NCBI GenBank assembly: GCA_017936745.1
Contig: JAGBEY010000011.1
Span: forward strand, 8,498 to 72,497
From: Clostridia bacterium
GTDB taxonomy: Bacteria > Bacillota > Clostridia > UMGS1840
Direction: 5' to 3'
DNA length: 64,000 nt
A program made the position numbers and the translations under genes. Positions 55,235 through 64,000 of the stretch are shown here, in pieces. The stretch's first letter is position 1. Every line of letters begins with the position of its first letter. Below the pieces are notes generated by a model. It saw only the letters and a program-made list of their open reading frames with translations. It was not told the origin of the DNA and searched no databases.

Positions 55235-57832
55235 ATGACAAAACAGTCACAGGCAATGAAAAAGACCGTAGCATTTCTGTTAGGTCTTGTAATGGTGCTT
55301 ACCATGGCAGTTTCCGCTTTTGCATACACTGTTTCTACCGATTTGGCAGGAACTAAGTATGAAGAGGCCGGGGCGGTTTTGGGAGCACTTGGCATTATGG
55401 TCGGCGACCCTGACGGTTCTTTCCGTCCCGATGATGGCATCAAGCGTTCCGAATTTTCTAAAATAGTGGTACACGCGATGGGACTGGAGCATTCCGCAGA
55501 GGCTGCCAAAGGACAAACCAAATATCACGACGTAAGTGTGGATTACTGGGCAAGCGGCTATATCAACGTTGCATCAAATCATAAGCTGGTTGTGGGTGAT
55601 CCGGATGGTAACTTCCGCCCTGAGGACAGAATTTCCTATCAGGAAGCCATTACTATTTTAGTTCGTATGTTAGGTTATGAGCTGGTAGCGGAATCCAAAG
55701 GCGGTTACCCTGCAGGATATCTTCAGGTAGCAAATCAGTACGGCTTTACCAAAAATGCAGCAGGCAGTGGTGCTGAAGTGACCAAACGTGGTGTTGCAGC
55801 AATTTTAACCTACAACGCATTAACCATCGGGATGATGGAACAGACCGGCTTCGGTTCTAATACCAATTTTGAAATTACCGATAAAACCATTTTAAAAGAA
55901 AATCTGTCTACCGAAAAATTCCAGGGACAGATTACCGGAAACCATTATACTAAGCTGACTGCAGCAAGCGGTTTGGATAAAGACCAGATTGAAATTGACG
56001 GTGTAGTATACAAAACTGCAGATGCTCAGGCAGGCGATTTTTTAGGCTATCGTGTGAATTATTATTTAAAAACCGATGATATCGGGGATAAAACCGTAAT
56101 TCTGGTCAGACCTGAAACCGGTAAAAACAAAGAGCTTGTTATTGACGGTTCAAACATCGAAACTGTAGATGCAGACCGTATCAACTACTGGCAAAACAAA
56201 GAAACCGACAAAGCAACCAAATATGCAAAAATCTCTGCTTCTGCCAAAATGATTTATAACGGCGTTGCTGTTTCCTATGATGAAGCAAAGTTGAAAGAAA
56301 ACGGAACCTTAGCAGGAACAGTTAAGCTTTTGGATACCAATGCAGATGACACCTACGATGTAGTATTTGTAAACGAATATCAGAACCTGGTTGTAGATAC
56401 CACCAGTAGCTTATCCTACACCGTTTCCGACAAGTACGGAAACCCCTCTCTGACCTTTGACCCGGAAGAATCCGGTGTGAAATTCAGCTTAACCGATAAG
56501 CTGGGCAAAGAATTCAAATTTGAAGATTTAAAAGAGTGGATGGTTATTTCCTACCTGAAAAGCGAATCGGAAGATGTGATCCGTGCAACCGTGGTAACCG
56601 ATAAGGTAAGCGGTGCAGTAACCGAAATTGAAGATGACAAATATAAAATTGACGGCAGCTTCTATCAGATTGCAGACAACTATAAAGGCGCTGTGAAATT
56701 AGACGATGAAGGCACCTTCTATTTAGATGTCAGAGGCAACATTGCAGCAGTAGACACCAATTCCACCTTATCAGACAAATACGCATACCTGATTGATGCT
56801 GCAGAGGCAGACGGCATGGACGACCATGTTGATTTCAAACTGTTTAACTTAAAAGGTGAAATCGAAATTCTTTCTTCCAAAGACAAAATCTCATACAACG
56901 GCGGCACAAAAGAAGCAGCAAAAACAGTACTGGAAAAATTAAAATCCGACGGAAAAGTGACCAAACAGCTTATCACCTATGAAGTAGATTCTGACGGAAA
57001 AATCATTAAATTAAACACGGCAACTGATGTATCCGGAAGCGGTATCGCCATCAATAAGGACAAATTCTCCCTGAACTTCAAAGGAGAGGAAACCCTTTAT
57101 AAAAAAGCATCCTCGAAATTAGGCTCGTTTGTGATTACCGACTCCACAATTGTGTTTGACATTCCCAAAACCGCAACTTCTTCTGACGAATATGCAATCA
57201 AAAATAAAGGAATGTTTGAAGATGAAGGCTTATACGATGTAGAAATTTACGATGTAGGCGAAGATTTAACCGCAAAAATCGTACTGGTGAAAAACTCCAC
57301 CGGTCTCACCAATGCAGAAAGCCCGATTGCAGTTGTAAACAAAATCTCTCAATACAGAAATGAAAAAGGTGATATTGTAGATAAATTATATGCAGCACAC
57401 AACGGACAGATGATTGCACTGGAAACTGCAGAAAAAGGACTTTTAGTAAATGGCTCCGGTCAGCAGCTGAAAGCCGGCGACATTATCCAGTTCAGAACCA
57501 ATTCTCAGGGTGCAATTGATAGAATCACCGTACTCTTTGAAGTAAAAGACAAAGCAACCGAATTTAGTAAGACCGAGGGCGATATGCGACTCACCTACGG
57601 TAAAGTAGACCGCAAGTTTGCGACTTCTATCAACGTAACCGTAAACGGCGGCACAGTGGAAAACTTCTCTCTTGATGGCGTAAAAGTAATTTCTGTTGAT
57701 ACCACCAAATCCTCCAACCAGGTAAAACTGGCGGATGCAGGGGATATCCAGAAATACGATGCAAAGAGCCCCAGACTGGTGTTCATTCGTGAATACAAAG
57801 ATGTGGTTCAGGAAATTGTAATCGTAAGATAA
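55235..57832 (+). CDS. S-layer protein with three N-terminal SLH domains
   Basis: Signal peptide ...AVSAFA. Three SLH modules (GIMVGDPDGSFRPDDGIKRSEF, VVGDPDGNFRPEDRISYQEA, ...). Long Thr/Lys/Asp-rich beta-type remainder. Strong terminator downstream. Confidence 0.85.
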   Translation: MTKQSQAMKKTVAFLLGLVMVLTMAVSAFAYTVSTDLAGTKYEEAGAVLGALGIMVGDPDGSFRPDDGIKRSEFSKIVVHAMGLEHSAEAAKGQTKYHDVSVDYWASGYINVASNHKLVVGDPDGNFRPEDRISYQEAITILVRMLGYELVAESKGGYPAGYLQVANQYGFTKNAAGSGAEVTKRGVAAILTYNALTIGMMEQTGFGSNTNFEITDKTILKENLSTEKFQGQITGNHYTKLTAASGLDKDQIEIDGVVYKTADAQAGDFLGYRVNYYLKTDDIGDKTVILVRPETGKNKELVIDGSNIETVDADRINYWQNKETDKATKYAKISASAKMIYNGVAVSYDEAKLKENGTLAGTVKLLDTNADDTYDVVFVNEYQNLVVDTTSSLSYTVSDKYGNPSLTFDPEESGVKFSLTDKLGKEFKFEDLKEWMVISYLKSESEDVIRATVVTDKVSGAVTEIEDDKYKIDGSFYQIADNYKGAVKLDDEGTFYLDVRGNIAAVDTNSTLSDKYAYLIDAAEADGMDDHVDFKLFNLKGEIEILSSKDKISYNGGTKEAAKTVLEKLKSDGKVTKQLITYEVDSDGKIIKLNTATDVSGSGIAINKDKFSLNFKGEETLYKKASSKLGSFVITDSTIVFDIPKTATSSDEYAIKNKGMFEDEGLYDVEIYDVGEDLTAKIVLVKNSTGLTNAESPIAVVNKISQYRNEKGDIVDKLYAAHNGQMIALETAEKGLLVNGSGQQLKAGDIIQFRTNSQGAIDRITVLFEVKDKATEFSKTEGDMRLTYGKVDRKFATSINVTVNGGTVENFSLDGVKVISVDTTKSSNQVKLADAGDIQKYDAKSPRLVFIREYKDVVQEIVIVR

Positions 57833-57843
57833 ATTTCTTCTGC

Positions 57844-57878
57844 AAAAAAGGACAGAAACGTGTTTCTGTCCTTTTTTC
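57844..57878 (+). terminator. rho-independent terminator
   Basis: Stem GGACAGAAAC/GTTTCTGTCC followed by T6. Confidence 0.85.
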
Positions 57879-57904
57879 TTTTTGCTATATTTTTGTAAAA
57901 AAGG

Positions 57905-57933
57905 TTGACGATGATAGCATCCTGGGATATAAT
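57905..57933 (+). promoter_or_regulatory. sigma-A-type promoter
   Basis: TTGACG, 17 nt, TATAAT. Bracketed by the inverted repeat CGATGAT/ATCATCG. Confidence 0.55.
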
Positions 57934-57995
57934 TGACATCATCGAAGATAAAATCAATTCGTAGTGAAAAAACAAATGTAGAAAAAACATAGGAG

Positions 57996-58709
57996 ATGAA
58001 AAAATTGATTATAAAGGCGTATCAGGCTGTTTTAAAGAAAGCAAGAGAAGCTGAAGAATATCTTAGAGAACAAGAGAACGTAATCAGAAACAATTATCTT
58101 AAAACCGGCAAGGTATTAAATGTAAACGTATTCCGATTTGAAAAAACACTCTATGTTTATATTGAGTCATGTGACATTGAAATAACACCGGAACAGATTT
58201 TCCCCAAACTTCACACAATGCTTGATATGTGGCCGGATGGAGAAGAAAAGTATTACTACCCGCTGATTGATATATTTCATTTTAATGAGCCACAGAGTAT
58301 TGAACATTGGTCACGTAAGGTTAAACCTGAATTTTGCGCAGGAATGATTTCAAAAATTATTCCTGAATCAACTGCCAGATATATTTTTTACCACTATCAG
58401 ATGCAGGAGGAAACTCCCGGAAACGGTGCAAAATATGGCAGAATATTCCTTATGGGAGATACTGTGTTTTATTACAGTGAGAAGCCTGATGTTTTTGAAA
58501 AAGCCATACATAAAGGCACACTTTCTACCCATAACACACCGGTTGGTGATGAATGGCAGAAAATTATGGGGACACATTTTATATGGTGGGATAAAAATAA
58601 GTATCCCCGCAGGATAGATGATGATTATGACTGGGAAGAGGGAGGATATCATGAAAACTGCAGACTGAATCAGTGGTTATACATTAAAAATATTTTGTCA
58701 GTTCTATAA
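57996..58709 (+). CDS. hypothetical protein (237 aa)
   Basis: Clean ORF with a promoter. Start is ATG 57996 or TTG 58005. There is only a weak resemblance to rhamnose-mutarotase-like folds, so I make no family call. Confidence 0.5.
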   Translation: MKKLIIKAYQAVLKKAREAEEYLREQENVIRNNYLKTGKVLNVNVFRFEKTLYVYIESCDIEITPEQIFPKLHTMLDMWPDGEEKYYYPLIDIFHFNEPQSIEHWSRKVKPEFCAGMISKIIPESTARYIFYHYQMQEETPGNGAKYGRIFLMGDTVFYYSEKPDVFEKAIHKGTLSTHNTPVGDEWQKIMGTHFIWWDKNKYPRRIDDDYDWEEGGYHENCRLNQWLYIKNILSVL

Positions 58710-58710
58710 A

Positions 58711-59534
58711 TTATAAACTTTCGCGGTAGGCAGATGGTGAAACGCCCACTGATTTTTTAAACTGTTTTGAGAAAGTAAGCGGATCATCATAGCCGACAGA
58801 ATGCGATACATCACCGATACTCATAGATACATCTGAAAGAAGTTTTTTGCTTTGTCCATTCTGTAATAAATTATAAAATCCTGGGGAGAAAACTCCGTAA
58901 TTTCTTTAAATATTATTCCAAAATAGCTTCTGTTTAAGCCTATGTAATTTGCAACTTCTTTCACAGATATTTTTCTTGAATAATTAGATTGAATATAATC
59001 AACCGCGTTTTTCACATATTCCTCTTTTGAACTGAAAAAAGCTTTCCCCTGAACAGACAGCTTTGAAGAATTTTCCATTATAAATGCAAGAAGCATATAT
59101 AAATATCCGGTCATTTTCGTCTGACCTATAATGGTTTTTTCGTTTATGGTTTTAAATTCCTCAATTATGTTTGAAAACTCACTTTTATCTTTGCATGAGA
59201 ATACAGGGTTTTCGGTATTTAGTCCGGCGTGATTGAGATAGTATTCTGCATTTAAGCCGTTAAACCCTATCCAGGAGTATGTCCATGGCTCTTTTGCATC
59301 TGCGGTATATGATGTAATGACTTCCGGGCAGATAAGAAATCCGTGACCTGCACTCAATTCATAACTCATATTTTCACAGTAGAATGTTCCTTTCCCGCTT
59401 GTGATGAAATGAAGCAGATAGTGATCACGTTTGGCAGGACCGTATGAGTGCTGTGGTTGGCATTCTTCATAGCCATACTGGTATACTTTTAAATCATTAA
59501 TTTTTATAGGTTTTATCCATTTATGTTCATTCAT
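58711..59534 (-). pseudogene. AraC-family regulator with a frameshift in an A6 tract near the 3' end
   Basis: The ORF stops at 58821. The +1 frame continues with the second AraC HTH helix set, LLSDVSMSIGDVSHSVGYDDPLTFSKQFKKSVGVSPSAYRESL, to 58711. The junction is at GCAAAAAAC (58843-58848). Confidence 0.7.
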
Positions 59535-59647
59535 TGAAAACACACCCCACCTTTCATATATCATTATACCATAAACATATAGCAAATGTCCATTTACTTT
59601 TTATAGTCAAAATTATAGAATAAAATAAAAAAAAGGAGGTTTTTTTT

Positions 59648-60473
59648 GTGAAATATGTTATGATTTTCCATGCGAATTTAAATTATGCTTATCTGAATCC
59701 CGATAAGTATGAATTCGTAATCAGAAACAGCTATGAGTTAACATTTGACACAATGGCTGAAAATTTCCCGAATACAAAGTATGTGTTCGAGGCTTCCGGT
59801 TACACGATTGAGCAGATGGCTCTTTTGTGTCCCGATGTATTAGAGAAACTGAAAAAAGCTATTAAGAACGGAACCTGCGAGTTTATGGGCAGTCCGTATG
59901 CTCATCCAATGCTTCCCAACTTCCCGCAGGAAGATGGAACCTGGGCAATTAAGTTCTCAAACGACATTTTTAAGAAGTATCTTGGTTTCACACCGAAGAG
60001 CTTCTGGAATCCGGAGTGCGGTTGGAGACACAACTGTTGGGAAAGTATGGTATCATCTTACCAATTCATACAATTCAGACGGTCAGTGGCCGCCAACACT
60101 TCCAAATGCACCACACATTATTTATCCGTTCAACTATCAGTACTGTTTCGAGAACCTTCTTGCAGCTGAGTTGTTAGTAGGCGGTGTAGACAGAAGCAAA
60201 TTAACATCTTCACCACTTGATACAATGAAGGCAATACTTACAATTCAACAGGATTTAATTCTCGATAAGGCTGAGTTACTCTTAAAAGAAGGAACAGAGG
60301 AAGAGAAAAAGAATGCAGCTAACGCTAAGACATTGATTATGAAGTCAAAAAACTTAGATTCCATTGCAAATGCGTCAGACAAAATTCTCTATCCTGCAGA
60401 GTATGCAATTCGTGCAAATATGCTTATTGAGGCAAGACGTCTTGTGGGCGGCGTTGTATTGGAACAAAACTAA
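59648..60473 (+). pseudogene. GH57-like glycoside hydrolase remnant (internal deletion plus frameshift)
   Basis: N-terminal ~130 aa (IFHANLNYA..EASGYTIE..GSPYAHPMLP..NPECGW) and an unrelated-frame C-terminal ~140 aa join near 60030-60060. Total length is far shorter than this family normally is. Confidence 0.5.
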
Positions 60474-60508
60474 TCATATCAGAAAAGAACATTCTTTATA
60501 GATACAAT

Positions 60509-60546
60509 AAAAAAGGTTGAATCCCATTGGGATTCAACCTTTTTTT
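60509..60546. terminator. bidirectional rho-independent terminator
   Basis: Stem AAAAAGGTTGAATCCC/GGGATTCAACCTTTTT overlapping the tcdA stop. Confidence 0.8.
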
Positions 60547-61247
60547 GCAATATCCTTGATTACTTCTCCGGCTATAATCAGCCCTGCAACTGGTGGCACA
60601 AAGGCAACACTTCCCGGGGCTTTTCGTCCGGTGGTACCTTTTTCTTCGGCAGTATCATCATAAAGGGGAGTGCGGGGTTCTTCTTTGGAATAAACCACTT
60701 TTAAGGCTTTGATACCTCTTTTTTTCAGTTCTTGCCGCATCACTCTGGCAAGGGGGCAGACAGAAGTTTTGAAAATGTCCGATACTTCCAGACGGGTAGG
60801 GTCTAATTTGTTGCCTGTTCCCATAGATGAAATAATCGGGAGGTTCAGCTTGTTTGCGGTTTCAACTAAGTGAAGCTTTGCGGTGACCGTATCAATGGCA
60901 TCTACAATATAATCAATTCCGGAAAAATCAAACTGAGTTTCAGGTAGATAAAATTCGGTTTTTAAAAAAATTTTTGCATCAGGATTGATGGATAAAATCC
61001 GTTCCTTCATCACTTCTGTTTTATATTTTCCAATCGTATCCTGGGTGGCAATGAGCTGACGGTTCAAATTGGTGAGGGAAAGGGTATCGTTATCCACCAA
61101 AGTAAATGTCCCTACACCGCTTCGACACAAGGCTTCCACGGTATAAGAACCTACGCCCCCCAATCCGAATATGGCTACGTGAGCATTTTTTAAGGCTTCA
61201 ACTCCGTCTGTTCCGAGCAACAGCTCGGTTCTGGAAAATTGGTTCAT
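60534..61247 (-). CDS. tcdA: tRNA threonylcarbamoyladenosine dehydratase (ThiF/E1-like)
   Basis: FSRTELLLG..G...L....V.IFGLGGVGSYTVEALCRSGVG.FTLVDNDT...TNLNRQ. Confidence 0.85.
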   Translation of the reverse strand: MNQFSRTELLLGTDGVEALKNAHVAIFGLGGVGSYTVEALCRSGVGTFTLVDNDTLSLTNLNRQLIATQDTIGKYKTEVMKERILSINPDAKIFLKTEFYLPETQFDFSGIDYIVDAIDTVTAKLHLVETANKLNLPIISSMGTGNKLDPTRLEVSDIFKTSVCPLARVMRQELKKRGIKALKVVYSKEEPRTPLYDDTAEEKGTTGRKAPGSVAFVPPVAGLIIAGEVIKDIAKKG

Positions 61248-62110
61248 ATCAGTTCCTCCACAGGAGATTTTTTACATAGGTTCCATATCTGTTTCATTTG
61301 CTTTTTTCCATCGTTATATCCAATCTGCCACACTTTTTTCAGCTGTTCGGGGTCTTTTTCAAAGCGACCTACGGGCAGGGGAACATCCGGTGCAATCACC
61401 AGTGCCGTTCCTTGTTGCTCCAGTTCTTTTAAGTAGGCAAGGGTATGGTTGTAATTCTTGTGGCGGTTATCAAGCGCCTCTATCATTTTGGGATAGTTTT
61501 TGTAGATACGGCGGTAAATGTGTCGGAATTTTTCCGGAGCTTTCTGGTAGCTTCGTTCTCTGGTAAGCACCACAATCACCTTGTCACAGCCATCCTCCAA
61601 GGCTTTTTTTACGGGAATAGCATCGGTTGTACCACCGTCTAAATATTTTCCGCCCTGATATTCAACGATGGGGGAGAATACAGGAATGGAGGAGGAGGCA
61701 CGAAGCACTGTGTTTTTTGGTTCGCAGGCAGATTTGTCAAAGTATTTCGGAGTTCCTGTGATGACATCGGTAACACCCATAACAAATTCGCAGGGGTTTT
61801 CGTAAAAGGTTTCATAATCAAAGGGAATCAGCTCATTTGGAATGGTATCAAACAAAAAGTCCATACCAAAGAGAGATTTCGTTTTTATAAAATTTTGGAT
61901 ACTTAAATAACGGCTGTCGGAAATATATTTGGTATTTGTATGAAAGGCTCTTCCTTTTTGTTTTGATACATAAGATATGCCATTACACGCACCTGCAGAG
62001 ACACCAATCACATAATCTGCATTAAATTGTTCTTCCATCAGACAATCCAAGACCCCTACGGTGTAAATTCCGCGCATTCCGCCGCCTTCCAAAACAAGTC
62101 CGATTTTCAT
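61244..62110 (-). CDS. patatin-like phospholipase family protein
   Basis: GLVLEGGGMRGIYTVGVLD and GVSAGA nucleophile-elbow motifs. Confidence 0.85.
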   Translation of the reverse strand: MKIGLVLEGGGMRGIYTVGVLDCLMEEQFNADYVIGVSAGACNGISYVSKQKGRAFHTNTKYISDSRYLSIQNFIKTKSLFGMDFLFDTIPNELIPFDYETFYENPCEFVMGVTDVITGTPKYFDKSACEPKNTVLRASSSIPVFSPIVEYQGGKYLDGGTTDAIPVKKALEDGCDKVIVVLTRERSYQKAPEKFRHIYRRIYKNYPKMIEALDNRHKNYNHTLAYLKELEQQGTALVIAPDVPLPVGRFEKDPEQLKKVWQIGYNDGKKQMKQIWNLCKKSPVEELI

Positions 62111-62127
62111 AGCAAAATTCCTTTCTG

Positions 62128-62619
62128 TTAGGGCTTTAATTTCCGTATCCGAACGGCATAAAATAAAATTCCTTTTTCCAGTGCAATGTCATATAGAACA
62201 AAGGCTGCAAGGCCCAAAAGGTAGAGCAGCCATAGTGCGGCATCCATCACTAAGAACTGTTTTAAGATGAGGAAGCATACCGTTGCAAGTAGGGTAATCC
62301 AGCAAAGTTTCACAAGCCACCGAATCCATTTCTGATTGATTTTCCGGTCTATCAGATATTTCACCACCGGATAATGTCCCACCATAATGGCATACGCCGT
62401 CATGGTAACTTTGTTTCCCACCAGTAAAAAGCCAAGCAGGGTAATGGTGATATAGGTCATCAACCCATACCGGACCCCGTGTTCCGCTGTTGCGATATAG
62501 CAAAACAGTGTGGAAAACAAAAACAGAAACAGGGTTGTAGTCTGAAAAATATTGCTGAGTAATAAACACAATGCCCCCATCAGTGAGAGCATTGCACAGA
62601 AGGTTAGTTTTTTTGTCAT
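62128..62619 (-). CDS. hypothetical polytopic membrane protein
   Basis: Five hydrophobic spans. ATG 62619 is preferred. No family recognised. Confidence 0.5.
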   Translation of the reverse strand: MTKKLTFCAMLSLMGALCLLLSNIFQTTTLFLFLFSTLFCYIATAEHGVRYGLMTYITITLLGFLLVGNKVTMTAYAIMVGHYPVVKYLIDRKINQKWIRWLVKLCWITLLATVCFLILKQFLVMDAALWLLYLLGLAAFVLYDIALEKGILFYAVRIRKLKP

Positions 62620-62630
62620 AACGCCACTTC

Positions 62631-63242
62631 CTAACAACAGGAAATCAAATCTCCGCCCATCATTTCACAACAACAGTCGGCACACAGCAGATTGCTGCAA
62701 CAGTCACAAGTACTCATATTGCCGCCGTAGCCGTAGGTGTTGCCTGTTTGCTGATAGGTTTGCTGACGTCGGGATAAACTGTTTAGCATGTTGCGGTATT
62801 CCAGATTGGACGGCTCCATATTCACCGCAGTCTGCAAATGGTTGATTCCTTCAAAATGCCACCCCTTATTGAGATAAACCACACCCATTAAGTAGTGCCA
62901 TTCCGCAGAACCGTTATTATTTTGATTGAGCTGTGCTTCTGCTTCGGAAAACCGTCGTGCGTGAATCAGACTTCTGATACTGGCAAACTGACTCTGAGAC
63001 TGATATGAGCCGGTTTGCGAGGAATAACTTCCGTAAGAATTGCTGTAGGAATGGTTTGCACGTTCTTTGGTAATCATATCGTATGCCTGATTGATTTCCT
63101 GCAGTTTTTCTTTTGCCAAATCCTCCAGGGGATTGTCCTTATATCGGTCAGGATGATATTTTTTGACCAGCTCCCGATATGCTTTTTTGATGGTTTCTTC
63201 ATCGGCATCTCTTGAGACACCCAATACTTTATACGGGTCCAT
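62631..63242 (-). CDS. J-domain protein with a Cys-rich C-terminal tail
   Basis: MDPYKVLGVSRDADEETIKKAYRELVKKYHPDRY (HPD motif). C-terminus CDCCSNLLCADCCCEMMGGDLISCC. Start 63242 is preferred over 63368. Confidence 0.8.
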   Translation of the reverse strand: MDPYKVLGVSRDADEETIKKAYRELVKKYHPDRYKDNPLEDLAKEKLQEINQAYDMITKERANHSYSNSYGSYSSQTGSYQSQSQFASIRSLIHARRFSEAEAQLNQNNNGSAEWHYLMGVVYLNKGWHFEGINHLQTAVNMEPSNLEYRNMLNSLSRRQQTYQQTGNTYGYGGNMSTCDCCSNLLCADCCCEMMGGDLISCC

Positions 63243-64000
63243 TGTGTTTCTCCTTTTTTGTTTCTTCCCGGGAAAGCGTTTCAACATTTTTCCGAAGTCC
63301 CAGATAGATAATATTATCCAATAGCTCTTTGTTCTTTTTGATGTCCAGCAGCTCATAGGCACAGGCAATTTCGCTTAAGGTGTAGTTCAGAGACGGCACC
63401 AGATGAGCTGCCAGTATTTCTTTGGAGACTGTGCTTCCATATTTGGACAAAAACGGGTTATAGTTCTTTTTCTTCCCATCCTCTTCTATATCACAGTAGG
63501 CATCGGTGAGATAAATCAGCCTTCCAATATGATAGCCTAAGTGTTTTAGTGCAGGATTATTTCCGCCTATATCAAAAATTTCCTCCAGCAGATTGCCGAA
63601 GCAGTGGGCAACAGCATCGGGATTATCACAATTTTCCTGCTCCAGCTTGTGCAGAGCTTTCAGTTGCTTTTGAATGGCGGCTGCCTGACGGGGATATTGT
63701 TTTTTCACCTTTTTTACGGGTAAGGCATAAAAAATACGAGCCAATGATTTGAAAGAGTGTTCATCCTGCCAGTCATCCAGCAATTTATAATAGGTGAGAA
63801 GAATGGACATATCTGCACCGTATAAGATACCCGCATCCTCCTTGATGACAGGACGACGGGAAACCGGATGAGCAATACACGGCTCTTGCTTTAACATAGT
63901 TTCAGTGTCGGACAATGCGGATATCAACACCGCAAGAAAGGTCATATCATAGCTTAAGCCAAGCCTTGTCAGCTGATTGAACCGTTTGCCCAGAGTTTTG
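63229..64000 (-). CDS. DUF5685-like protein, 5'-truncated by window edge
   Basis: The frame remains open upstream of the listed Met to the window end (...KTLGKRFNQLTRLGLSYDMTFLAVL...). This pattern is typical of DUF5685 as I recall it. Confidence 0.5.
   Translation of the reverse strand, partial: KTLGKRFNQLTRLGLSYDMTFLAVLISALSDTETMLKQEPCIAHPVSRRPVIKEDAGILYGADMSILLTYYKLLDDWQDEHSFKSLARIFYALPVKKVKKQYPRQAAAIQKQLKALHKLEQENCDNPDAVAHCFGNLLEEIFDIGGNNPALKHLGYHIGRLIYLTDAYCDIEEDGKKKNYNPFLSKYGSTVSKEILAAHLVPSLNYTLSEIACAYELLDIKKNKELLDNIIYLGLRKNVETLSREETKKEKHNGPV

Overview
The window looks like chromosome from an endospore-forming Clostridia-class Firmicute. Evidence is spoVT, sigG, spoVB, a SleB-type hydrolase and SLH-anchored surface proteins. 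Most of it is well-conserved housekeeping sequence: feoAB; a complete atpIBEFHAGDC F1Fo operon; a Y-family polymerase with a YolD-like partner; galKT; queA; mreBCD with PBP2; and an S-layer gene. There is also a cobalamin-riboswitch-controlled ECF uptake operon with surface-anchored transcobalamin-like parts. Three regions are not ordinary. (1) A 4.6-kb islet with no integrase sits at the 3' end of tRNA-Trp (38727-43382) and is bounded by a 15-bp direct repeat. It carries one tightly packed minus-strand operon: DUF1643, an 89-aa protein, a Mor-like HTH, an SPFH protein with three zinc ribbons, a 4-TM protein, a 2-TM zinc-ribbon protein and two micro-ORFs. I consider this the best candidate for an undescribed system, either a membrane-stress or an anti-phage type. 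(2) Two AT-rich loci (6.75-9.58 kb and 14.95-16.05 kb) hold small unrelated genes separated by the same set of short modular repeats (P, A, B). The breakpoints suggest cassette shuffling, and no recombinase is visible. (3) These loci also contain embedded oddities. A DUF559 gene is framed by ~48-bp inverted repeats. There is a cluster of GC-rich hairpins. A 9-mer alternates with a hairpin in a short array. A 10-bp-phased TGTCGAA direct repeat overlaps ribosome-binding sites. There are also several decayed genes: a P-loop remnant, an in-frame TGA, an AraC frameshift in an A-tract and an internally deleted GH57-like gene. All calls come from reading the sequence and ORF translations only. No searches were run, and family names are recalled motif matches.
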